Of a stretch of DNA of 64,000 nucleotides, positions 45,190 through 54,033 are shown one piece after another. Below the pieces are notes generated by a model. That model made no database searches. It had not been told where the DNA came from and worked only from the letters and a program-made list of their open reading frames with translations. This stretch comes from Candidatus Acidiferrales bacterium. Its GTDB lineage: Bacteria > Acidobacteriota > Terriglobia > Acidiferrales > DATBWB01. The number at the start of each line of letters is the position of its first letter. Positions within the stretch are counted from its first letter, which is position 1. The DNA is taken from NCBI GenBank assembly GCA_036514995.1, contig DATBWB010000166.1, positions 3,165-67,164 of the forward strand, in the 5' to 3' direction. A program made the position numbers and the translations under genes.

Positions 45190-45398
45190 AGCTGCATCTC
45201 TCCGCCACCAACGAACTGAACAATCTCCAAGGAATCGTTTTCGGCAAGAAAGACTTCCGCCCACCGTTCTCGAGGAATGATTTGGCGGTTGCGCTCGATG
45301 GCGATACGGTCGGGCGACAGGCTGAGGTGTTCAAGAAGGGTGAACAAGGTCCACCCGTCCGGCAACTCACTCTGTTGACCATTGACTGTGAGTTTCAT
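45138..45398 (-). CDS. thiS: sulfur-carrier protein ThiS with a 20-aa extension after the Gly-Gly end
   Basis: MKLTVNGQQSELPDG...IERNRQIIPRERWAEV...LEIVQFVGGG aligns with E. coli ThiS (INQQIVPREQWAQ...VIAGG). The ORF then continues EMQLYTYLIRWPSFSFLVRR into the antisense of ribA. Confidence 0.8.
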   Translation of the reverse strand: MKLTVNGQQSELPDGWTLFTLLEHLSLSPDRIAIERNRQIIPRERWAEVFLAENDSLEIVQFVGGGEMQLYTYLIRWPSFSFLVRR

Positions 45399-45408
45399 TG
45401 CCCCTTCC

Positions 45409-46002
45409 CTATTCTTTTCGCCGGACAGTGTAGCGCACCTCATCGGTGAGCGTGCCCGAAGCTGCCCGGATGCGGAGTTCCGCCCGGCCAGCCGAGAGGG
45501 AGGGAAGCGGGAGACGAAAATCAATCCGGCCGCCACCGTTGGTGGTGCCCTGGACTTGGACGGGGGGAGAGCCGGCTGAGTGTAAGCTCACCTCTACGCG
45601 GACGTTTGCCAGCGATTGTCCAGCAGGACGGCCCTTGACCTCGATTTGAAACAACGCCTCAGCAGTCCGAAGGCAGCTAGCAGGATTGAGAAGCAAAATC
45701 TGAATTCCGGTGGGAGGAGCAAGAGCCGCTGCAATCGCGCCAGCGCGAATGGCCTCGATGACAGCGCGGTGCTGGGCTTCAAGCAAACGGCCAATATGAT
45801 CGGCAGAAAAACTGGGAGTTCCGAGGAGATGGCCGTAGGACTCCACCCTCTTTGCCAGGACACGCCCACCCAGATAGACCACCGTGTCCACAAAAGGGTG
45901 ATGGGGCCCGTGATCCTCGGTCTGCACGTGGTAGGTGATGTCGCCGACTCTAACAGTCGTATTGAATCCGAAGATCCCAGACCGAGGCGACTCTTGCTCC
46001 AC
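45409..46002 (-). CDS. hypothetical protein
   Basis: 197 aa with a GTG start and an AGAGGGA SD. The sequence is protein-like (ITYHVQTEDHGPHHPFVDTVVYLGG...; the C-terminal half is beta-rich). It ends 10 nt before thiS. Confidence 0.55.
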   Translation of the reverse strand: MEQESPRSGIFGFNTTVRVGDITYHVQTEDHGPHHPFVDTVVYLGGRVLAKRVESYGHLLGTPSFSADHIGRLLEAQHRAVIEAIRAGAIAAALAPPTGIQILLLNPASCLRTAEALFQIEVKGRPAGQSLANVRVEVSLHSAGSPPVQVQGTTNGGGRIDFRLPLPSLSAGRAELRIRAASGTLTDEVRYTVRRKE

Positions 46003-46032
46003 GATTCCCTCTGCCGGCCGGCGGGAAAGACC

Positions 46033-46060
46033 TTGACAAAGACAAGTAGCGCGATATAGT
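46033..46060 (+). promoter_or_regulatory. putative nuo operon promoter (TTGACA-16-TATAGT)
   Basis: TTGACA at 46033-46038 and TATAGT at 46055-46060, 46 nt upstream of the nuoA ATG. Confidence 0.45.
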
Positions 46061-46106
46061 CAACTTTTGAGACTCGCTCGCTTCACGAAGTATACAATGC
46101 ATCGTC

Positions 46107-46478
46107 ATGGCTAACAACTACCTCGATGCTTATGCACCCCTGCTAATTCATCTACTGCTTGCCGCTGCTCTCGCCGGAGGGATCATCCTGATTTCCGGGT
46201 TGGTTGGGACCCATCGTCGGAATCTGGCGAAGATGTCACCTTATGAGTGCGGGATGACGCCGCTAGGGACAGCGCGGGAAAGGTTTTCGGTGAAGTTCTA
46301 CCTTGTGGCTATGCTATTCATCCTGTTCGACGTGGAAGCGGTATTTCTCTATCCCTGGGCGGTGGTCTATCGCGAGCTGAAAATGTTTGGTTTTGCTGAG
46401 ATGTTTCTGTACATTGCGATCATTCTCGCCGGTTTTGTTTACAGTTGGAAGAAGGGTGCCCTGGACTGGAACCAGTGA
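46107..46478 (+). CDS. nuoA: NADH-quinone oxidoreductase subunit A
   Basis: 123 aa with 3 TM helices; SPYECGM and FDVEAVFLYPWA. Confidence 0.92.
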   Translation: MANNYLDAYAPLLIHLLLAAALAGGIILISGLVGTHRRNLAKMSPYECGMTPLGTARERFSVKFYLVAMLFILFDVEAVFLYPWAVVYRELKMFGFAEMFLYIAIILAGFVYSWKKGALDWNQ

Positions 46479-46508
46479 TGGAAATCCGCGCGGGCTTCCT
46501 TTACAAGC

Positions 46509-46988
46509 ATGACAATCCGGGCCGAACTAGAAAGCAATCTCATTATCCGCAAGTTAGCCGCGTTTGATCCTGCCAGCGTTGTGGGAGCCGAACTCTTCCG
46601 CGATGAGTTAACGATAGAAGTGCAAGGCGGGGCAATTCGACGCGTTGCCGAATTTCTCTGCCAGGATGAGGAACTGCAGTTCCGGTATCTGGCCGATGTG
46701 ACAGCAGTGGACCGCCACCCTGTGGAACCGCGCTTCGAAGTTAATTATCACCTCTATTCCCTGCTGCTTCGGCAATGGCTACGTGTCAAGGCACGGGTGG
46801 GCAGTGAAACGCCCACGCTCGAGTCGGTCACTCCCGTCTGGCCCGGTGCCAACTGGCATGAGCGCGAGACGTTTGACCTATTCGGGATCCGGTTTGCCGG
46901 GCATCCGGATTTGCGCCGAATCCTGATGCCAGAAGATTGGCAGGGACATCCGCTGCGGCGTGACTATCCGACGGAAGGATTCCGCTAA
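46509..46988 (+). CDS. nuoC: NADH-quinone oxidoreductase subunit C
   Basis: ANWHERETFDLFGIRFAGHPDLRRILMPEDW. Confidence 0.92.
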   Translation: MTIRAELESNLIIRKLAAFDPASVVGAELFRDELTIEVQGGAIRRVAEFLCQDEELQFRYLADVTAVDRHPVEPRFEVNYHLYSLLLRQWLRVKARVGSETPTLESVTPVWPGANWHERETFDLFGIRFAGHPDLRRILMPEDWQGHPLRRDYPTEGFR

Positions 46989-48185
46989 ATGGGGCACCCG
47001 ATTCACACTTTGGCCGGGGCAGGCGAAACCATGGTGCTCAACATGGGACCCCAGCACCCGTCCACTCACGGTGTCCTGCGGGTGCTTTTGGAATTGGACG
47101 GCGAGACAGTGGTTCGAGCCTATCCGGACATCGGCTACCTTCATACGGGAATCGAAAAATCTTGCGAAGCGAAGACCTACTCGCAGGCCATCACGCTGAC
47201 CGACCGGCTGGATTATCTGGCGCCGCTGTCCAACAACCTTTGCTATTGCCTGGCGGTGGAAAAGCTTTTGGGAATTGAGGCGCCACCGCGAGCGCAGATC
47301 CTTCGCGTGCTGTTGACCGAACTGACGCGCATTGCCAGCCACCTGGTCTGGCTGGGTACGCATGCCATCGATATCGGCGCGATGTCGGTGCTTCTCTACT
47401 GTTTCCGGGAACGGGAAGAGATCTTGAAGATCTTTGAACTGGTCTCCGGACAGCGAATGATGACGAGTTACTTTCGGATTGGAGGACTGGCGCTTGAGCC
47501 GCCGCCAACGTTTCTGAAGAGAGTCGAGGCTTTAGTGGACTTGATGCCCGGGCGGATTGACGAGTATGAAGAGCTGTTGACCAAGAACAAGATCTGGCTG
47601 GGCCGAACGAAAGGCGTGGGGGTTCTGAGCGGTGAGGACGCGCTGGCGATGGGAGTTTCCGGTCCGACGCTGCGCGCATCAGGCGTCGGCTGGGATCTGC
47701 GCAAGAGCAACCCGTACAGCGGTTACGACAAGTTTGCGTTTGTTGTGCCAACCCAAACGGCAGGCGATGTCTATGCTCGATACCTCGTGCGAGTGGCGGA
47801 GATGAGGGAGTCGCTCAGAATTGTCCGCCAAGCCGCGGAAGGGTTGCCCGAGGGGCCAGTGCGAGCAGATGCCCCGGGAATCGTTCTTCCGGAGCGCGAG
47901 CAGATGAAGACGGAGATGGAGGCGCTGATCTATCACTTCAAGATTGTGGCAGAGGGATTCACTCCCCCGCCGGGGGAGGTGTACCAAGCCATCGAATCGC
48001 CAAGAGGGCAGCTTGGGTTTTACGTGGCGAGTGACGGCAGCGCCAAACCGTTGCGGGTGAAAGTGAGAGCCCCCTCGTTCTCGAACCTAGCGGCACTGCC
48101 ACGGATGATAGAGGGACGGCTGATTGCCGATGCGGTGGCGTGCATCGGTTCCATTGACATCGTTCTGGGAGAAATCGACCGCTAG
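46989..48185 (+). CDS. nuoD: NADH-quinone oxidoreductase subunit D
   Basis: MVLNMGPQHPSTHGVLR, GYLHTGIEK, and a C-terminal DIVLGEIDR. Confidence 0.97.
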   Translation: MGHPIHTLAGAGETMVLNMGPQHPSTHGVLRVLLELDGETVVRAYPDIGYLHTGIEKSCEAKTYSQAITLTDRLDYLAPLSNNLCYCLAVEKLLGIEAPPRAQILRVLLTELTRIASHLVWLGTHAIDIGAMSVLLYCFREREEILKIFELVSGQRMMTSYFRIGGLALEPPPTFLKRVEALVDLMPGRIDEYEELLTKNKIWLGRTKGVGVLSGEDALAMGVSGPTLRASGVGWDLRKSNPYSGYDKFAFVVPTQTAGDVYARYLVRVAEMRESLRIVRQAAEGLPEGPVRADAPGIVLPEREQMKTEMEALIYHFKIVAEGFTPPPGEVYQAIESPRGQLGFYVASDGSAKPLRVKVRAPSFSNLAALPRMIEGRLIADAVACIGSIDIVLGEIDR

Positions 48186-50006
48186 ATGATGCAGCTTTCA
48201 GAAAAACTCGAAACGAAGTTTGCGGAGCTGCTGAGGCGCTACCCGCGGAAGAGGTCGGCGCTCATCCCGATGCTCCTTTTCGCCCAAGACGAGACGGGAC
48301 AGATCTCCGACGAACTCATTGCGGAAATCGCCAAGCGCCTTGACCTGCGAGAACTGGAGGTCGCGGAAACGCTTTCCTATTATTCCATGCTGCGTCGAAA
48401 GCCTTGCGGCAAGTACCACTTTCAGGTTTGCACAAACATCTCCTGCATGTTGCGCGGGGGGAATGAGATTTTTGAACGCGCCAAGAAGCGACTGGGAATC
48501 GGTCACAGGCAAACGACCGCCGATGGGCTGTTTTCCCTAGAGGAAGTGGAATGTATAGGGGCTTGCAGCGGAGCTCCGGCCATGCAGGTGAATTACGACT
48601 ACTACGAAAATCTAAGCACGACGCGGGTGGAAGAGATCCTAGACAAGCTGCGCGCGGGAAAAGATCCAAAACCAACGAAGATCACCAGCGGCACGCTGCG
48701 CCCTCAGCGTCACCCTTCCGAAGTCCCCGTCATCAGCCGGCGGTTCGGGTTGCCCAACTCTGCGAGCATTGACACCTATTTGCAGAACGATGGCTACAAG
48801 GGTCTCGAGAAGGCCCTAAAGCAGATGACACCCGAGCAGGTGATCGAAGAGGTGAAAAGGTCTGCACTTCGCGGACGAGGTGGAGCGGGGTTTTCAGCGG
48901 GCATGAAGTGGAGCTTTGTGCCGAAAGATACGAAGAAGCCAAAGTACGTGATCGCCAACGCCGATGAAAGCGAGCCGGGCACATGCAAGGACAGGCCGCT
49001 CATGGAAATGGATCCGCACCAATTGATCGAAGGGATAGTTATTGCTGGGGTGGCGGTGGGGGCGCATCAGGGCTACATCTATATTCGCGGCGAGTATCGC
49101 TACGTGATGAATATCCTCGACCGAGCCGTCGAGGAAGCTTACGACCACGGCTACCTGGGAAAGAACTTGATGGGCACCGGCTTCGATTTTGATCTCTGGA
49201 CGCACACCGGAGCCGGAGCATACGAGTGTGGGGAAGAATCAGCGCTGATGGAATCGCTTGAGGGAAAGCGCGGTTACCCGCGTATCCGGCCACCTTTCCC
49301 GGCAGTGGTGGGGCTGTATGGCTGCCCGACTGTGATCAACAATGTGGAGACGCTTTCATCGGTGCCGGCAATCATCCGGCAAGGCGGGGAATGGTACGCC
49401 TCGCTGGGGACGCCGAAAAACGGCGGGACCCGCATGTTTGTGCTTTCCGGGCATGTGAACAAGCCGGGTGTATACGAGTTGCCCATGGGCTTTCCGCTGC
49501 GGCGACTCATCGAAGAGGTTGGCGGCGGGTGCTGGAAAGGCAGAAAGGTGAAGGCAGTGATCCCCGGCGGGTCGTCCACGCCGGTGCTGACGGCGAGCCA
49601 ACTTGACACGCCCTTGGACTTCGACTCGGTGGCGAAAGCGGGCTCCATGTTGGGGTCGGGGGCAGTGGTCGTGATGGACGAAGAGACCTGCATGGTCGAA
49701 GTGGCGAGACGGATTATGCAATTTTATGCGCATGAATCGTGCGGCTGGTGCATCCCTTGCCGGGAAGGGACGGCGTGGCTGAAGAAAATGCTTGACCGTT
49801 TTCACGGCGGCCTTGGGCGACGCGAGGATATTCCACTGATCGGCGAACTCTCAAGGAACATGCTGGGCAGAACCTTTTGCCCTTTCGGCGACGCGGCGGC
49901 GATGCCGACGATCAGCATCGTGGAAAAATTCAGGGGTGAATTCGAAGCGCACCTGAATGGCAGATGTCCTTTTGTCGCTCGGGAGCTGGCTGCTGCGAAC
50001 CGGTAG
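48186..50006 (+). CDS. nuoEF: fused NADH-quinone oxidoreductase subunits E and F
   Basis: A single 606-aa ORF. Residues 1-150 are NuoE (VCTNISCMLRG, ECIGACSGAP, the 2Fe-2S ligands). From about residue 195 it is NuoF (RGRGGAGFSAGMKW, the FMN/NADH site GAGAYECGEESAL, and ESCGWCIPCREG for N3). Confidence 0.9.
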   Translation: MMQLSEKLETKFAELLRRYPRKRSALIPMLLFAQDETGQISDELIAEIAKRLDLRELEVAETLSYYSMLRRKPCGKYHFQVCTNISCMLRGGNEIFERAKKRLGIGHRQTTADGLFSLEEVECIGACSGAPAMQVNYDYYENLSTTRVEEILDKLRAGKDPKPTKITSGTLRPQRHPSEVPVISRRFGLPNSASIDTYLQNDGYKGLEKALKQMTPEQVIEEVKRSALRGRGGAGFSAGMKWSFVPKDTKKPKYVIANADESEPGTCKDRPLMEMDPHQLIEGIVIAGVAVGAHQGYIYIRGEYRYVMNILDRAVEEAYDHGYLGKNLMGTGFDFDLWTHTGAGAYECGEESALMESLEGKRGYPRIRPPFPAVVGLYGCPTVINNVETLSSVPAIIRQGGEWYASLGTPKNGGTRMFVLSGHVNKPGVYELPMGFPLRRLIEEVGGGCWKGRKVKAVIPGGSSTPVLTASQLDTPLDFDSVAKAGSMLGSGAVVVMDEETCMVEVARRIMQFYAHESCGWCIPCREGTAWLKKMLDRFHGGLGRREDIPLIGELSRNMLGRTFCPFGDAAAMPTISIVEKFRGEFEAHLNGRCPFVARELAAANR

Positions 50007-50012
50007 ATTGCC

Positions 50013-52163
50013 ATGGCAGATCAAGTGACCGTTACCATCGACGAGCAGAAAGTCAGCGTGGGTGCGGGCAGCCTTGTGATCGAGGCAGCGAAAGCCCTGG
50101 GGATTTCGATTCCTTCTTTCTGCTATTATCCAGGGCTTTCTTTGCAGGGTGCCTGCCGGATGTGTCTGGTTGAGGTGGAAAAAGTTCCGAAACTACAAAC
50201 TGCCTGCACGCTTGTTGCCCAGGAAGGGATGGTGGTGCGGACTCAGACGCGACAGGTGGTTGAAGCGCGAAAGTCAATGGTCGAGTTTCTGCTGACGAAC
50301 CACCCGCTCGACTGTCCGGTGTGCGACAAGGGGGGCGAGTGCGAATTGCAAGACATGACGGTTCGCTATGGACTTGCAAGCAGCCGCTTCGTGGAAGAGA
50401 AGATTCACATTCCGGAGCAGAAGTTTTCCCCACTGGTGTACTTTGACGCTCCCCGTTGTATTCTCTGTTTCCGCTGCGTGCGCGTTTGCGACGAAGCGAT
50501 GGACGTCAAGGCGCTGGGAGTAGGCGAGCGGGGCGCCTATTCCGTCATATTGCCCAATCAGGGCGAACGGCTCGATTGCGAGGAATGCGGGATGTGCATT
50601 GACATCTGCCCGGTGGGTGCCCTGACGAGCGGGACGTATCGCTACAAGACTCGCCCGTGGGAGCTGCGCTATGTGGGCACGATCTGCACCCATTGCGGCG
50701 ATGGGTGCAAGACCACGCTCGGCGTGCGGGCAGATAGTATTGTCCGTGCAAACAACCGCGATCGAAGCGGCGTCAACGGCGAGTTCCTTTGCGCAAAGGG
50801 CCGATTTGGGTTCGACTTTACCGAAAGCAAAGCTCGCCTCCGACAACCTTTGATCCGGCGCGACGGCAGGCTGCAACCAGCGAGCTGGGAGGAGGCGTTC
50901 GAATGGGTGGCGGCCCGGCTCAAAGGAATCCGGAAAGAATACGGGCGCGAGGCCATCGGGGTGGCCGGCTCGAGCCGCAATACGAACGAAGAATGCTACT
51001 TGTTGCAGCGTTATGCCCGCCAGGTTCTCGGTACACCTCACATAGACCATGTCCGGAGCGCTGACTACGGCGGCCTTGTGGCGGGCGTTTCCCAAAGCGC
51101 CGGGGCGTCGTTCGCTCGCTGCGCCGATTTTGCAGAGGCGCGGACCCTCTTGCTGATCGGAAATGATCCGACGCAACAGCATCCTCTTCTGGCGTACAAC
51201 CTCCGGCAAGCGGTGCGACGGATGGGGGCGCGGCTCTTCATCCTCGGCTTCCAGGAGATCAAGCTAAAGCGACAGGCTCGGCAGATGGTGGTCATACCCG
51301 AAGGCGAGATGGATCAGGCCATCGGACACCTGCTGAGGGGAAAGTCTTCCCTGCCCCGTGATGTGGCAACCCAGCTCGATGACCTCAAGACGCAGCTTGC
51401 CGCGGCACCCGAGATGGCCGTGGCTTTCGGGTCGGAGGTGACAGGCGAGAGCATCTACGACCTGGTGGCGTTCGCCACCGCCGGCGGCAGGATGGCCAAA
51501 ATCGCCGCCCTGGGGGACTACGTCAATTCCCGGGGCGCAAGCGACATGGGCGCCCTGCCGGAGTTTTTGCCAGGGTACGTTCGCACGAACGAGCCGGGGA
51601 TGACATTGCGAGAGATGTTCAGAAGCAGGGGAAAGATTCGGGCACTTCACGTTGTCGGGTCGGATCCGGCGAAAGAGTTGAGGCTTCCGGCGGGCTGGCG
51701 CAATGCCTTTGAGCTGGTGGTGGTACAAGATCTTTTCTTGACGGCAACGGCCCAGGATGCCGACGCTGTTTTTCCCGCGGCAAGCTTGTACGAGAAGGAT
51801 GGGACGGTGACGAACACCTACGGAGAAGTGCAACCGGTCAGGCGGGCGATTCATCATGCCAGCGTCCGCACGGATTTCGACATCATTCGAATTCTGGCGC
51901 AACTCATGGGCGGAGAATTGAAGTTGAGATCGCCTGAGTCAGCCTGGGAAGAAATTCGCGTTACGGTGCCCGGGTACGGCGTTTCAACAGAGGGAGTGTT
52001 GGTTGGGCAGGCGTGCAAGACGACGCCCAAGATTTCCGACTCCGGGCGCAGGATCGCCGCGAACGGCGTCTTTTCTGCGAATGACACGCTGTTCACATCG
52101 GGAACGCTCGGCGAATACTGCGAGATCATTCAGTCTCTCCCCGAGGCGCAGGTTTCAAAATAA
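50013..52163 (+). CDS. nuoG: NADH-quinone oxidoreductase subunit G
   Basis: CRMCLVEV, HPLDCPVCDKGGECELQD, CILCFRCVRVC and CGMCIDICPVGAL, followed by a molybdopterin-like domain. Confidence 0.95.
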   Translation: MADQVTVTIDEQKVSVGAGSLVIEAAKALGISIPSFCYYPGLSLQGACRMCLVEVEKVPKLQTACTLVAQEGMVVRTQTRQVVEARKSMVEFLLTNHPLDCPVCDKGGECELQDMTVRYGLASSRFVEEKIHIPEQKFSPLVYFDAPRCILCFRCVRVCDEAMDVKALGVGERGAYSVILPNQGERLDCEECGMCIDICPVGALTSGTYRYKTRPWELRYVGTICTHCGDGCKTTLGVRADSIVRANNRDRSGVNGEFLCAKGRFGFDFTESKARLRQPLIRRDGRLQPASWEEAFEWVAARLKGIRKEYGREAIGVAGSSRNTNEECYLLQRYARQVLGTPHIDHVRSADYGGLVAGVSQSAGASFARCADFAEARTLLLIGNDPTQQHPLLAYNLRQAVRRMGARLFILGFQEIKLKRQARQMVVIPEGEMDQAIGHLLRGKSSLPRDVATQLDDLKTQLAAAPEMAVAFGSEVTGESIYDLVAFATAGGRMAKIAALGDYVNSRGASDMGALPEFLPGYVRTNEPGMTLREMFRSRGKIRALHVVGSDPAKELRLPAGWRNAFELVVVQDLFLTATAQDADAVFPAASLYEKDGTVTNTYGEVQPVRRAIHHASVRTDFDIIRILAQLMGGELKLRSPESAWEEIRVTVPGYGVSTEGVLVGQACKTTPKISDSGRRIAANGVFSANDTLFTSGTLGEYCEIIQSLPEAQVSK

Positions 52164-53212
52164 TGAGCTGGCTCGAAACCCATCCCGTCCTTTTTGCCGG
52201 TCTGCTCAAGAGCGCGGCATTGCTGCTCATGCTGCTGATGGTGGTCGGCTACATGGCATGGTTTGAACGAAAGCTGGTGGCACATATCCAGTCGCGCTGG
52301 GGCCCTTACCGCGTGGGGCCACACGGATTGCTTCAACCCATCGCCGATGCTCTCAAGTTCCTGTTCAAAGAGGACATGACGCCAGCCGGAGTGGATCGAT
52401 TCGTGTACTACCTGGCGCCCTTTCTGAGCCTCGCATTGGCAGTTGTTTCCATTGCTCTGATCCCGTTTGGCCCAGGGACGATCTCCGTTTTGGGACAACG
52501 CAGCCCACTCGTGATCGCTGACTTGAGCATCGGGGTCCTCGCTCTATTTGCGATTACCTCGCTCGGGGTGTACGGGGTCGCGCTGGCAGGATGGTCTTCC
52601 AATAGCAAGTACCCCTTGCTGGGCGGGCTGCGCAGTTCAGCGCAAATGCTAAGCTACGAGTTGGCGATGAGTTTTTCAGTGATTGGGGTCCTGCTGGTCG
52701 CAGGAAGCTTAAACCTGCGAAGTATTGTAGAGTCACAGTCGGGGACATGGCTGGGGTTCATCCCCAGGTGGTACGTGTTCCCCCAGTTGGTGGGCTTTGC
52801 CGGTTACATCATCGCGGCAATCGCTGAGACGAACCGGTTGCCCTTCGATTTACCGGAAGCTGAGACCGAGCTAGTGGGGGGGTTTCACACTGAATACAGC
52901 AGCTTCAAGTTTGCGGCGTTCTTTATGGCCGAGTACTCGAACATGGTCACGGTCTCCTGTTTAGCAACGATTTTGTTTTTTGGCGGATGGCTGGGGCCGA
53001 GTTTCGGCCCGACGTGGTTGCAAGCTGTGCTGCCAACGGTGTGGTTTCTGGCCAAGGTTTTTGTCTTTCTCTTTGCCTACGTGTGGATCCGAGGTACGTT
53101 GCCGCGCTTTCGCTACGACCAGTTGATGGCCTTCGGGTGGAAGTTTCTGCTGCCGCTGGCCATTGCAAACTTGCTGGTAACATCCCTAATCATCGCCCTG
53201 CGGGCGAGTTGA
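52163..53212 (+). CDS. nuoH: NADH-quinone oxidoreductase subunit H
   Basis: WFERKLVAHIQSRWGPYRVGPHGLLQPIADALKF, AETNRLPFDLPEAETELV. Confidence 0.95.
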   Translation: MSWLETHPVLFAGLLKSAALLLMLLMVVGYMAWFERKLVAHIQSRWGPYRVGPHGLLQPIADALKFLFKEDMTPAGVDRFVYYLAPFLSLALAVVSIALIPFGPGTISVLGQRSPLVIADLSIGVLALFAITSLGVYGVALAGWSSNSKYPLLGGLRSSAQMLSYELAMSFSVIGVLLVAGSLNLRSIVESQSGTWLGFIPRWYVFPQLVGFAGYIIAAIAETNRLPFDLPEAETELVGGFHTEYSSFKFAAFFMAEYSNMVTVSCLATILFFGGWLGPSFGPTWLQAVLPTVWFLAKVFVFLFAYVWIRGTLPRFRYDQLMAFGWKFLLPLAIANLLVTSLIIALRAS

Positions 53213-53213
53213 G

Positions 53214-53714
53214 ATGAGCATACAACTGGCGCTTTTTCTGATTTTTGGCGGCCTGGCGGTGACGGCAGCCATCAGCCTGATCTTACAACGCCAGCCCATC
53301 CACAGCGCCATATCACTGATCGTGGTCATGGTGTCGCTGGCAGCGCTCTATCTGCTTCTTGCTGCGGAATTCATTGCGGCCGTGCAGATCATTGTCTATG
53401 CGGGGGCCATCATGGTGCTCTTTGTCTTTGTCATCATGCTCCTCAACGCCGGTCAGGAGGAACGCACCAATCTGAGCCGGATGGCGCGATATGTGGGTCT
53501 GCCCCTGGGGACCGTCCTGACCGGGGAGTTGGCCTATTGGATTTACCGAGCCACACCCGAAGGGGCGCTTGTGGACCCGAACCATTTCATCGGACGGACG
53601 GAGTTGATCGGGCGGGATCTCTTCCGGGAATACGTTCTGCCGTTCGAGCTGACGTCGATTTTGATCTTGATAGCAATTCTGGGGGCCGTGGTTCTGACGA
53701 AAAAGGAGCTTTAG
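53214..53714 (+). CDS. nuoJ: NADH-quinone oxidoreductase subunit J
   Basis: 166 aa with 5 TM helices; AAVQIIVYAGAIMVLFVFVIMLL. Confidence 0.88.
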   Translation: MSIQLALFLIFGGLAVTAAISLILQRQPIHSAISLIVVMVSLAALYLLLAAEFIAAVQIIVYAGAIMVLFVFVIMLLNAGQEERTNLSRMARYVGLPLGTVLTGELAYWIYRATPEGALVDPNHFIGRTELIGRDLFREYVLPFELTSILILIAILGAVVLTKKEL

Positions 53715-53717
53715 CGA

Positions 53718-54020
53718 ATGGTACCTGTTTCCTACTATCTGGTGTTGAGCGCGATTCTGTTTGGGATCGGAGTAGTTGGATTCATCTTCAAGCGAAATCT
53801 GATTGCCATCTTTATGTGCATTGAACTGATGCTGAACGCGGTCAACCTCAGCTTTGTGGCATTTTCGCATTACCTCGAAAAACTGAGCGGACAGATCTAT
53901 GTCTTTTTCGTGATTGTCGTGGCGGCGGCAGAGGCAGCAGTCGGCCTGGCGATCATTTTGCTCGTGTTTCGGAACCGCGAATCGCTAAACGTGGAGCGGG
54001 TTAACCTGTTGAAGTTGTAG
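53718..54020 (+). CDS. nuoK: NADH-quinone oxidoreductase subunit K
   Basis: 100 aa; [11 protein letters not shown] and [11 protein letters not shown]. Confidence 0.92.
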   Translation: MVPVSYYLVLSAILFGIGVVGFIFKRNLIAIFMCIELMLNAVNLSFVAFSHYLEKLSGQIYVFFVIVVAAAEAAVGLAIILLVFRNRESLNVERVNLLKL

Positions 54021-54033
54021 CGAGCTGCGAACC

